A stretch of DNA of 63,640 bases, the filler included, from Phoronis australis (Eukaryota > Animalia > Phoronida): NCBI GenBank assembly GCA_002633005.1. It is 5 parts of 5 records of this genome, joined end to end, with 100 filler letters (N's around TTAATTAATTAA, not from the genome) between each part and the next. Parts side by side here need not be neighbours in the genome. Positions count along the whole stretch, not along the records: positions 33,245 to 50,888 come from NMRA01001482.1; positions 50,989 to 63,640 come from NMRA01001626.1; 3 more parts are not named here. One strand, 5' to 3'. Shown here in pieces: positions 40,611 to 52,100 of the stretch. The position numbers and the translations under genes are program-made. The notes beneath the pieces were generated by a model. The model did not search any database and was not told the DNA's origin. It was given only the letters and a program-made list of their open reading frames with translations. Position 1 is the first letter of the stretch. Each line of letters opens with the position of its first letter.

Positions 40611-40660
40611 AAAACAAAGATATGAGTGACAGTGATGCTGACAGCGCCAATGGAAATTAA
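40611..40660 (+). CDS. Probable terminal coding exon of the protease gene (ENKDMSDSDADSANGN*)
   Basis: Strong acceptor TTTTCTTCTTTATTACAG. The phase-1 start matches the donor at 38680. Confidence 0.5.
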
Positions 40661-41103
40661 CATTATACTACAAAAAGAGTTGAACGCCTTCCACTCAGCT
40701 TGTGGGGGAAGTGTTGTGATTTTACTCTAAGGATACATCTGGGTCAAGTGAAAGAATTGTGTTGAGGCAGGAGATGTACTAAGCAGACTGGCAATTTTTG
40801 AAGACAAGCTCCGTCCTTATATTTGTGTTGCGCTTGAACTGCGCCGGTATTATACTTCTTCAATTTGTGCCTACGATATACGGCACGTGTGTGTGTGTTT
40901 AGCGTTTACTACTTGCACAGTCGCCAGCCGACTAGAGCCACGTCTTTCGTGAAAACGAGTGAGTGTTATAGACCTTGATTTTGGCTGTTATTGCGCTGTC
41001 GTACTTTCGTACTTATAAGTGGCTGATGTACATGTAGTCTTTGGGTGGAATTAACCAGTGTCTTCTGTCAAATATAACTTTTGATTTACGCTACCTTTAT
41101 TGT

Positions 41104-42755
41104 ACAAGAGCAACGAGGAACGTTCAAATGCGCTCAGGAATGCACCAGGGTGCTTCTTTATGAGATAAATATATAGTATGTATATAGTTCATTGGTGCTT
41201 CTAGTGTTTTTTTTTATTTGTATCATAAAATGGATAGCGAAAAATGTCAAGTCCATCTGAAAACAGGAACAGGTTTTCAATTTATAAAGCTTTTTACCAA
41301 ATTTCATCAAAGTCTGTCAAGGAACTTTAGAGAAACAAAAGAAAATGGAAAAAATGAAATTGCCACGAGGCGGCACAACGTTTGTTGGATCCGTGTAAAA
41401 GTCGTTGTCGTCTGTTGTTAGCTTCTTTAATAAAGATTGCGCAGTCGGTTTTGGACATACTGCTATGGGCACAAAACAAAAGAAATCTAGGAGGCGCCAC
41501 AGTAGTCAATGTCATCATCGTCACTCGTCCTCTTCACACTGAGAATATATACATGTACGCCAATTTTCAAAATCATCCTTAGAACGATTTGGTTAATAGA
41601 GGGTGAACTCAAAGACATCAAATATGACCACTAAGTGGCACAAAATACCTCGATTCCATCCAAAAATAGGAGGATAGCGTCATCTCACCAGTAGATGCTT
41701 ATATTCAAAAATTTATGAAAATCTGTATAGGACCTTTGAAGATACAGAGGTGAATGTACAGAGTAAAATTGCCACCAGGGGGCAAACTGGTAGTCAGATC
41801 CGTTCCAAAGTTGTGGTCGTCCGTTGTCAACATCATTTAAACACTTGCTAAATATAATATAGATCCTGAAAACGGTTTAGGAGATACAGCCATGGGCGCA
41901 ATAAAATTGCCACTAAGAGGCGCAACAGTAGTCGTAGTCGTTGGAAAATCACCATGAGCTGTCCTCTTTATTGTAAGAACATGCATGCCAATTTTCACAA
42001 TCATACTTAGAGCGGTTTGGTTGATAGAAGGGTGGACGCCAAAAAAAACAAACTCGAAAACAATACGAATAGCCACTAAGTTGCGCTATCCGAAAACGGG
42101 AGGATAGCGTCATCACACTAACAGATGCTTTTATGCCAAATTTTATGACAATCCGTTGAGGACATTTGAAGGTACAAAGGAAAACGTGAAGAAACTGAAA
42201 TTGCCACAAGGGGGCACACCGGTAGTCCGATCGATCCGAAAGTCCTGATTGTCCGTTGCCTACATCATATAAATGTACTTGATAGATTTAATGAAGATCC
42301 TGCAAAAGGTTTAGGAGATACAGTCATGAGCGCAAAAAAGAACAAAACTGCCACTAGGAGGCGTCACGGTAGTAGAAGTTCTCGGAAAATCGTCATGAGC
42401 CGTCCTCTTCATAGTAAAAACATACATGCATCATTTCGTAATCATCCTTAGAGAGGTCTGGTTGTTAGAGGGTTGGACGTCAAAAAACAGGCTCGAAAAC
42501 AGTCAAAATGGCCACTAGGTGGTGCAAACTAGGTCAAATCTATCTGAAAACGTGAGGATGGCGTCATCTCACTAGGGGCACACCGGTAGTCCCTCATGCC
42601 GTCCCGCCATTTGAAAGAAGCACATATGCAAAATTTCATGAACATACGTCAAAGGGTTTCGGAGATAGAGCAGCGGACGCCGGACGGACGGATGGACGCC
42701 CTGACAGAGATGAGGGCATAGTGCGTCCACATATAGATATGTGGGCGCATAAAAA
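41104..42755 (-). mobile_element. Helentron-associated (DINE-1/HINE-like) element with internal tandem monomers
   Basis: Reverse complement of the 59356 family. The 5' end reads GTGGGCGCATAAAAA at 42741-42755 and the 3' stem-loop end ACAAGAGCAACGAGGAACGTTCAAATGCGC at 41104. Confidence 0.85.
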
Positions 42756-43571
42756 TCGGTCTCTTGCATGATTTCGTTCTTTTCTTAGAATATAAATGAT
42801 TTGCATGTTTGAGGAGAACTGACAATTCATTGTTTTTGCTGCAAAATAGGTTAAGCTCCATAAACTGCAAAAAATAGTTTGCACTCGCGGTGAAAATTAC
42901 CATTTCAGACTGACGGAGACACTGAACCCTAATCCCAGAATTCAATCACTCCAACCTCACTAACCAAATCCTTTCATTCTTCTCATATTTTGTGCCTGGT
43001 ATACAAATTAGTGTGGCATGGCTTGATTGATTTATGACTCCCAGCAAGTCCTATTAAGCCACTAGGGCGATACCTACAAATATACAATGTAAAAGCCATG
43101 GAGCATTTTTTTTTCTATACAACCCCTCTTCAATACTCGTGTTGCATGATATATACAAAGCTGGAGATCAACTCTCCTTGACGGGGTGCTCAACTATGAG
43201 TCACGTGACAAATATTTTAACCCCAACAGATGAAGATACAAAGCGAGTTTGGGGACCAGTTGAAAATATCATTTATTAGGTTAATGATCAATCCTCAATA
43301 TCATTGTGAGATCCGTACACTTAAGTCATGGAAATATGAGCCATGTGGAGTAACTAGACCACAGAGTGGCTTACAAATTTACCAATAGTTGCGAATCATG
43401 GGCACCACTCACACACATAGGCCTGAAATTGACATCCAAAGTTAGCGCAACCACTTCTTTGTAAACCCTGCCCTTAGTGAGCAACTGTCCTGCTTGAACA
43501 GTGTAACTAAATACACATATTCAGTTAACATGGGGCTTAACATGGTCCTGGCTGAGAAGATAATTATGAAT

Positions 43572-44372
43572 CTAGTAGCAGCAACAGTTGTAGTATTCGT
43601 TGCAGTAATGCACTTTATTCACATTAAGACAAAATTAAAGTACAATTAATACATATTAAAGCTTAGGGAGACTCAATGAAGGACCCGAAAAGTCCAATGC
43701 CCACGGGCACACCAGGAAAAACAGTGTTACAGATAATCAGAATTACAAAATAAGGTGACATTGTAACTTAAAACTAGGAAAGCTTATCGAAAATAGTTTC
43801 ACACAAAGCAGTTGAGAATAGTGCACTCGATAACTTTGAAAACAAATGTTCTTAAAATAATTTGCGACAGAAAATAACGAATTGGTGAATTTTGTTTACG
43901 AAACACAGGAAGGTTATTAATGATACATGCAAATGATTTAGTACAACGAGTCGTGTACAGAAGATGTTGTTGCCTAGTGTAATGTTTATGAAACAGACCA
44001 AGGGTTATAAAACTGAACGTGTTAAAAATGAATTTAGGTAATTAAGTGCATATTTTTAGAAAAATTTGACAGTAGCAGCAATATACAAGTGATTTATTTT
44101 GAGTATCTGTGTAGTCCTAAATAAAGGATCTGTACAGGCAGTAAAATAACGAGACGTAATAATACGAATAAAAAGCCTTTTCTGTAATTTGAATGTTCTA
44201 TGATGTACACGCACTCGTAGCAAAATGCTATGATTAAAATGAGGGAGGATAATACCACTGTAGAAAGTTTTCAAAGTTTCAAAATAATGTTAAATGTTAC
44301 TGAAAACACCACAGAATCTGTTTATCATTCTCAACACATTGTTTATGTGTGGAGTCCATAACAGGTTGTCGT
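43572..44372 (-). mobile_element. CR1/L2-group LINE, 3' fragment with 3'UTR and microsatellite tail
   Basis: Decayed LLWTPHIN...LKTFYSGIILPHFNH...KLQKR.IRII...TDPLF...ILKI motif. AATAAA followed by a (CTA/CTG)-like tail. Confidence 0.8.
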
Positions 44373-47300
44373 TGCTGGTACCACTAAGTAAAATTAACCA
44401 AGACTGAATTTTCTTCAGCTTGCCACAAAAACTGTGTGTCATTAACAGATTGATGAGCTCCAAATGACGGTCTTGTTCAGGTTTCACAATTAACCGATAT
44501 GAGCCGCTTGCGCCCTGTTTCGTCACCAGTACCGAACGTCAAATGCTTCTTGTCAGGAGTACAGAACTCGGTCATCGTATTAATTTTTCCTTGTTTACTC
44601 TATTTGCCCCTAATTCTCCTTTCAGGATGATACGCAAGATTAAGAAATCGTCGTATTGGGGTGTTTCTGGGTATTCTCGGTGGCGTATGATTTATACCTT
44701 TGTCGCGGCATCAGCATGGAGTCAGTCACCGCTATAAAGTGGCTGTATTCCCCTAGTTGATTCCGATGAAAAATAGTCCAAGCAAACTCACGAGAATGAA
44801 AAGCAACAGAAGTTATCAAAGGTGTTGATTTTGATGCCAGATATTACAAGGTAATGTCCTTTTGAAAATACGGCATCTGCATGGCTGTATATGAAGTTAA
44901 TCTAGTGCTGGTCGCAATCCGGAAGTCTTGCTTGTGGCATTGAGGCCCAGATCCAGACCTCCTGCGAATGTAGCCAGGAAACTGGGAATGATTAGCTTAC
45001 CGTACGTCAGCTGCGTGAGGTGACGAGATGTGTTGTACTGTTGTTTAAACATTGATTGCAATATTAAAGCCACGAATAATCAGCGCACTGGTCATTAATA
45101 AATAGTTTTAATCGTAGGTATGTCGTTCTTGATATAACAGATGATGGATACAGCAAAAAACAGTCCTAATTGCAGGTTGGCACCCTGGCTCTTTAGTGAC
45201 CAAAACGATTGGCCTTCATAGAAAAGTGCCCGGTGTGTGCTGTCTGATGACTGTCAGAGGATTAACCACTACTAGATTTGTATGTCAATACTGAGAATGG
45301 ATTTAATGTAATTTCAAATCTTCTCATTCCCCGCCATCTCATTTTTCTTCTGGTCACGTTTCTGCAGGCATTCGCCGGGTTGTTCAACGCTCAAGGAGAT
45401 AGTTGCAGTGTCTCTTCAGTAGTATCGAGTTGTTCCTATTTTCATAGCGTTCATGAAATTTTCGAAAATAGGAGCACGGTTAAATTGTACTGTGCAGCAA
45501 AACAAGTGTTTTGCTCTCAAGTATCATTGCGATGATTACAACCCGTATTTATCATCTGAAATATGCCGAACTTATGTTACATTGTACTTTTAAAAACATC
45601 CTTTTGGGGAGCGGCTGAAATCATACACTGCCGATTGACCTTGTCCTTGATTGACCAATAAAGAAAAAATCCAGAATTATTCGCTAATGACTCTTGATGC
45701 AAGTAGAGGCTGTGCATCACTGACGTTGGTATAACGGCACAAATGACTTGGCGCACTAGTGAGGCTGTGCCGAGCAAATAGGTCTATTAAAAATTGGAAA
45801 CGAAAAAGGCCAGAAAACTGACATCGTTATAGGTCCATCAACTAGAAGCAATGTGGGTTAATTCACCCATACTCAATTTTTTTCCTGAAATGTCGATGCA
45901 TAAGGATTGCGATGTGTGCAACGAATACTACTGAAAACCACATGGTTTGCAATATTTAGAGCCATTCCACGAGAAAATCATAAGGAATCAAAAAGTCACT
46001 CTGGTGGTTATCTTTCATATTCAGCTTCAACTTTGTGTACATGTATGTGGTCGTGGTGTGGCTTTGATACAAAAATCACCAATTTTGCACTTATTGATCT
46101 TTTAATTTTTACGAAGAAAATTAAACGTTTTTGTATACCGAAAACTGTAATTTTCAATATAAAAAACCAATTACATTGCATGTAATGAGAGATAAAACAC
46201 GATGGGGTTAGGAAGTGGGATATAAGGACTAATAAATAAAACTGATACTAATAATTTCGCTGCATTCATCACGTGACAGGGGAAATAAATCTGGAGGCAC
46301 TTTTTCCACTGTTGAAAGTGGGTGTCGCTCAAGTGCTTCTACAAGCCAGTTTATATTAAAATATATGCTTTAAATAAATGTTTATGAATAGACCTTGGAT
46401 GTGTAACAAATTTAAGAAGTCTCTCGAATGTTTTTTTTATGTTTTGTTCGAAAAATGCCCCAATATTGCGTATTCTACACTTTTTAAACGAACGTTTGTT
46501 GTGAAAACATCTGTATGCCAGGTCACAGACAGTGGTGTTCTTCAATGGAACTATTTTGAGGTGTGCAGACAGGGTCTAGCACATCTTTACCTCTAGCTTT
46601 GCTTCTTGGTAGAGGTGCATGGTGTTACAACTTTATTTATTCCACTATCAGGGTCCCATAACAAAAAAGAAGAGGCCTTTATTTGTTTATCCGAGAGTTC
46701 GAATTTGTACACGCTCAGTAATGCCTAAGATTTTCTGGAAAACCAATGGTTACACAGCAAAGTCTTGTTGTGACAATTTAAAAAAATCACTCCAGAGCAC
46801 TCGGCAATTAAACGAAATGTAATAACATTAACTTCACATTAATACAATTCTACGGGAATGTATTCTTTGTTTTAATATTGATATATAGGCGTATCTTTAG
46901 CAAATGTGAGCCGATTTTGAACAAAAACATACCGTGGTGGTTGACATAAGATAATTCGAAATTAAATATCAAAATTATATGAGAATAATTCAACAGTTGA
47001 AATAACCGAATACTCAGGCTTATTCCACTCACAGACAGCCAGATGGCCTATCATTGCAGTAAATCAAATGCGAAGCTGTTAACGTAAACAAACTGCTGCA
47101 CACTTGTTAAGTGGCCTTCCGCAGTAACCTACTCTAACTTCGGTCAATGGACTGACTCTGAGCGGAATGTTAAACTCTGTTAACTTGAAAAATAGTTGAC
47201 GTTGTTTTGAAATCGTTTTATTTTGTTTGAAAGTCAATTTTTCTTCAAGATATGATTATGCGTCATAGAAGACACATTTTTTAAATTAATGCATAATTTG

Positions 47301-48408
47301 TGCTCCGAAGTTTTGATTCATGTTTTGTAACAAGTAACTTTCTGCTTCAGGATATATCAAAGCAACAAAATGTGAAAAATATTACTTAATTTACAAAATT
47401 AATTGGTTAAATTACGGTAATGAAGTGTGAAGCCTACGCGGTCCCTTCAGCCTCATAGCTTCATACTTTTAGTATCATGCTTGTTAAATTCTAAGTTAGG
47501 ATTAAAACTTTCATGATACTCATCGCCATGGTGAGAATTTTGCATGTCCACCTTCGTACTTAACGTGATTTTTGCTCAGCCTGTATGCCTGAAATTCTTA
47601 GTTACTTATTGTGGCAAATGGTTGTTACGATCATTTTAGTTTACATATTAATTTGTACTCTGTACAAAGTAATCTCTGAGATCACTGTCACTCATGGTGG
47701 AGCAGCACACGTTACAATCATTCGGAAGCTTGCATGTAAATAATATCAGGATTTGGCCAAGTCAGAATTTGAAATCAAAAACGAGGCTCGAGGGTAGCAT
47801 GTAAACGACGTTTCGATAAAAACTAAAAGTCTTCCTCAGTTACAAAATGCGGAAAACAAGCGTAACAGAATCATGTCAAGTGCTAGATTATTATCAAAAC
47901 GCCGTTTTCAAACATGCATATGCCATCGTTTCCTCTATGGAAATGTTTAGGCAAAATTTTCTGAAATTTCACTAAAGAATTCTAGTTATATAAACTGCTA
48001 CCAGGGGTCAGCAGTAGCCTAGTAAAATTATCTAAAAATTGACGTCGACTGAATTGATCACCATGCGTAGAAACGCGTTTGCAAAAATTGATAAAGCCAC
48101 CTTATTTGTGAGCTTTACGAGATACAACTACCAACTTCCCGTAATCAGGCAGTGTAAATTACGCTGTTGCTAGAAAACAAAAAGCTCCAGTCTTCGGAAG
48201 GTTAACGGAAAGTCCTTTAGAGATGCGAAGACTGCCCTCTAGTAGCCGGAAAGCGGGTCAGTGATGATCTTAACTGTGTTTAGAACAACTTTATTAACTG
48301 AACCTTTTTTAACCAAAAACAGGCTATGTTGGGCAAAATATTCATAATGCTCTAACTTAAAAATATCAAATTAACATGTTGATCATATCTCACCAGGATC
48401 ATAGGCCT

Positions 48409-48475
48409 AGTAGCAGCCGCTGAGCAGCAGCAGCACTGAGTAGCAGCAGCAGGCAGCAGCAGCACCAGCAGCAGC

Positions 48476-48515
<40 letters not shown>

Positions 48516-48535
48516 GAAGCAGCAGCAGTAGTAGT
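48409..48535. repeat. (CAG)n microsatellite grading into (TAG)n
   Basis: Directly visible. It abuts a TATTTATT sequence typical of a reversed retroposon tail. Confidence 0.9.
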
Positions 48536-48942
48536 ATTTATTACAGGGACAAGTACAATTAAATCAAACAGTTATAGGTATAACGCGTATGAACACCCAA
48601 TTTTTCAAGATCAGCCTGTCCGTGACTAGTTCGCGACCTTTTGGTGCTCTCGTGGAAAGACAGTTTCGTTGTCGAACACTAGGTGGTGCATTGTTAAATG
48701 GCGTACCGGTGCGTGAGAGACGCATGGACCGACCATCCCCATGGTCAAATCACAGCTATTGTTCTGCAGTTTATGACCGAATCAACAAGGGATTAAGATT
48801 TAAGTGAAGACAAGGATCTGTACAGAGATTCAGATGAAGGTTTGGAAATAGAATTTAGGTTTTTTTCTTGGTGACGATAGCCTTCATAAACTTCATACAA
48901 AAGTCAAAGAGTAAGCTGGCTGGCTGTAATCCGATGTAATCG

Positions 48943-49020
48943 CCACAAACGTCCACAGCTTCTGATCGTCCCCAATACACTACTGTATTGGGGACGATCA
49001 GAAGCTGAGGACGCCTGTGG
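48943..49020. mobile_element. 78-bp palindromic MITE, 6-bp TSD TAATCG
   Basis: CCACAAACGTCCACAGCTTCTGATCGTCCCCAATACA-CTAC-TGTATTGGGGACGATCAGAAGCTGAGGACGCCTGTGG, with TAATCG on both sides. Confidence 0.8.
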
Positions 49021-49118
49021 TAATCGGCAGCTATCTGACGGTAATAGACAGTCTGATATAGCTTTCAAGCTAGGCAATCACAACGCCCTGAAAGGCCGCA
49101 GGTGCTACGTGTTTGCAA

Positions 49119-49201
49119 CCACAGACGTCCTCAGCTTCTGGTCGTCCCCAGTACACTTACTTGGTAGTGTGGGAAGGATCATAAGCTGAAGACGCCTGTG
49201 T
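49119..49201. mobile_element. Second copy of the ~80-bp palindromic MITE, 6-bp TSD TTGCAA
   Basis: Diverged copy of 48943-49020 with TTGCAA on both sides. Confidence 0.75.
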
Positions 49202-50324
49202 TTGCAACAGCCACTGGGTAGCACTGATAGCACAGGATGGTCCCTTCTTCTCGGAGAACCCATAATCCATGAATAACAGACCTGTTTTTGCTTTTATTCG
49301 GAGTACGAATCAGCCGATCAGCGTCTCTAAATCAGGGACTGCTATATCCAACCAGTGACGTCAAATTGTGTTCAGACTTCAGCGTCTCTTTGGGTGCAGC
49401 AGTGGTCGCAGTCATATAACAAACGATTAGCCAACTTAAGCGAATCGCATGTCTCAGTTGAGTTCAAGTCTCGGTAGGTGGGTTTATGTACAATGATAAA
49501 TGCGCATGTATAGTATAAGGGGGTTAAGTAATATACCATGATCGGAGTACATCAGGTGTGATACTACCTGGTCTATGGTCAGTGGTAACCATCTTTGCAT
49601 AATTACTATTGAGTACAAAAGTTGCAAACCACGACTTTTCAAGAAAAAGACATGTTTTTCTGCCAAAGGAGTTTGCGTGATCTTGTTTCAAAAATATAAC
49701 TAACTTAAATCACAATCATGCTATAGCTTGAAAAGGCACTGGCATGAGCATTGGTTGGATGTTATTTTCTACTTCGTTTGTATAAACCTAGCGATGTTCT
49801 AGCAATGTAAACTTGCCTTAGATAAAAAATAAAGTTCAGGTTGTCTGTAACTTGTCTTTAATGTGTACTTAGCATATGTTTCTCAATAGCAGAATTAGAA
49901 GTTACCAGTCGTAGTGTTAGAGTATGATCTCATATCCCAGTGAGTGCATGTGTAGGAGTAGTTCAGAGAATTAACCATTATGTAATACACCCCCAACATG
50001 AAGAATTGTAGTAAACATGTTTGTTCAGTATATCCTGTTATGATTCATGTATGTCACTATATAAGTGTATGATCGCATGGATTGTAACAGACTCAGTAGT
50101 ATCAGTAGAAGAGTATGTAATAAAATTATTATCCTCCTTCAGACTAGTATTATCCTTGGACCGCGTTCTCGCACTGTGTCGCGCATTCAACGTTCCTAAC
50201 CGAACAGAATGCCTTTCACTGCTAGCACATCAACATTGTAAGTGTGAACAATATAAATTTACATTTGTCTACAGTAACGTTGCATCATTCCATTGCATTT
50301 ATTTCATCATCATAGGTCGTTGCC

Positions 50325-50548
50325 ATGGAGACGTCCCCAAACTCCAAGCCACACCTGCTCCAGGACTCACTGACCACCTACATCAAGGCATGCTCCAGTG
50401 TCAAGTGTCACCAGATCTCTGACGGTGTCCTGCAAAAGGTCGTCAGCCTCCTGGGGTCAGACACAGGTCCTCGTCTAAAAATAATCGCCGCAGCAACACT
50501 CGCTGCTGTTGCGGAGAATAACATGGAGTTGACAGAGACGCTATTGAG
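50325..50548 (+). CDS. First coding exon of an unidentified ARM/HEAT-like helical protein, truncated by gap
   Basis: Acceptor CATAG at 50315, Kozak GCCATGG and donor AG|GTTCGT. GVLQKVVSLLGS...KIIAAATLAAVAENN is ARM-like. A likely 5'UTR exon lies at 50143-50237 (TTCAG...|GTAAGT). Confidence 0.55.
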
Positions 50549-50888
50549 GTTCGTGTCAGTAATGACATCTACGCCATTCATTCAGTAAACTTTTTAGCAT
50601 CTAGATTATCAAGATGTGACAGTTGTTTTGTTAACAGATATGTTTGGTAAGGGTGTTAATTGCATTTTGCAAGCTTAGCAATGTCGTTGTAGTCTTAGTG
50701 AGGTGTTACGGTGTGCAATGGGAGATTTTCAAGATGTAACGTGGCGACTGATCATGTGGGATTGGATACTAGTGGCCTCTAGAGGGTGAGGAGGCCATTG
50801 CAGTTTTGTTTAAAAGCATCACTTTTAGCGAGTCAAAATGTTCCTCTATGTCACTAGCTGCGATAAGAATCACCGCCACCATTTGATC

Positions 50889-50988
50889 NNNNNNNNNNNN
50901 NNNNNNNNNNNNNNNNNNNNNNNNNNNNNNNNTTAATTAATTAANNNNNNNNNNNNNNNNNNNNNNNNNNNNNNNNNNNNNNNNNNNN
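50889..50988. other. Artificial contig linker
   Basis: N44-TTAATTAATTAA-N44. Confidence 0.95.
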
Positions 50989-50989
50989 A

Positions 50990-51085
50990 CCAGTAAAGAA
51001 GTCCCTCGGGGACAAAAAGAAAGCTACAAAGTCGCCAAAACCGGCGACTAAAAAGTCTCCCAAGGCAAAACCATCGAAGCCCAAG
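50990..51085 (+). CDS. Histone H1-like Lys/Pro/Ser-rich C-terminal tail, penultimate exon (PVKKSLGDKKKATKSPKPATKKSPKAKPSKPK)
   Basis: SPK motifs and Lys-rich composition. Donor AAG|GTAAGG, phase 0. 5' end lost in the gap. Confidence 0.7.
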
Positions 51086-51998
51086 GTAAGGAGACACGGT
51101 GACCCCGGGTGACCTATATGCTCTGCTAGCGCCAGGGACAAATACAGGATAAAGTCAGAAACCTAGTCTTTCAAAACCTTTTTCGTCTGAAGGAATGCTT
51201 ATAGTATGATGCTGGATGTATTGAAAGTGCACGTTTCGTTTGATAATTTAGTTGTCCAAAATACGTCGACAAAAATTGAAAGACACCGTAAGGCCGATAC
51301 TCGGCATAGTACATGAAAAGTTCTCGGATAAAACTGAATTTAATGATTGTCACGTGACCTTTGGGATTATCTTTGTTCTTTCTACATCGGGTTTAGTTGC
51401 ATAATTCATTGATCTTGCAACACGTATGATTGTGCGATTTCTCTTCCCTTGTCAAATTTTATTTCTCGTTCCTCCGTGTTTCGGTTAATTTTTATTACCC
51501 ATCTTTCCAGAGATATAGTGGTTTCACTACTATTTACTAGTCTCCTGCATAATTTTGTACCGTCTTAAAAGTCATAACAAATGGCCCTATTTACGCCAAA
51601 CTCCTTTCTCCATCGAGTTTGTGACGGATCATATTTGTCAGGTAAAAGTGTCGAACATAAAATTATCAGATCTCCCTGGTCACAACGACTCTCCGCGTTG
51701 CATAATTTACCTACATTTACGACCATGAAAATAGACTCGCCAGAATGTTCTATTTCCCGTCCTTTTAAGCCTAATTTCACTTTTCATTGGAACTTTGTAA
51801 TTCACTCTTCGGTAAACAACATCTCTGTCACTTGACCTTATGTATTAACCGTCAGTCCCTCGAGCGTTCCTGAACTTTAGGACAGCGCTCATCAGTAGAC
51901 AGAAATCGGTGAAAATTCAGTGTTAGTTTCTGATGTACACGGAGCAAACACTAAATTATACAGTTGCCCAAGCTCACCAAAGTCACTTTTTATTACAG

Positions 51999-52100
51999 CC
52001 AAAAGGTACAAAATCGCCAAAGACATCCACATCCCCGAAGGCCAAGCCAAAGAAAGCACCCTCTTCCTCTAACAAGCAGAAAGCAAAGAAAAGTAAATAA
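51999..52100 (+). CDS. Histone H1-like tail, last exon (PKGTKSPKTSTSPKAKPKKAPSSSNKQKAKKSK*)
   Basis: Acceptor TTTTTATTACAG, phase 0, ends in TAA. AATAAA downstream at 52263 and 52415. Confidence 0.7.
   Translation, partial: PKGTKSPKTSTSPKAKPKKAPSSSNKQKAKKSK

Noticed and set aside
44626-46600. Possible decayed type II membrane protein gene (splice-like sites at 44625, 44851, 45367)
   Set aside because: Stops in all frames and no recognisable family motif.
48409-48535. PolyQ/polyA coding exon
   Set aside because: Bounded by stops with no splice context. It grades into a (TAG)n retroposon-like tail.
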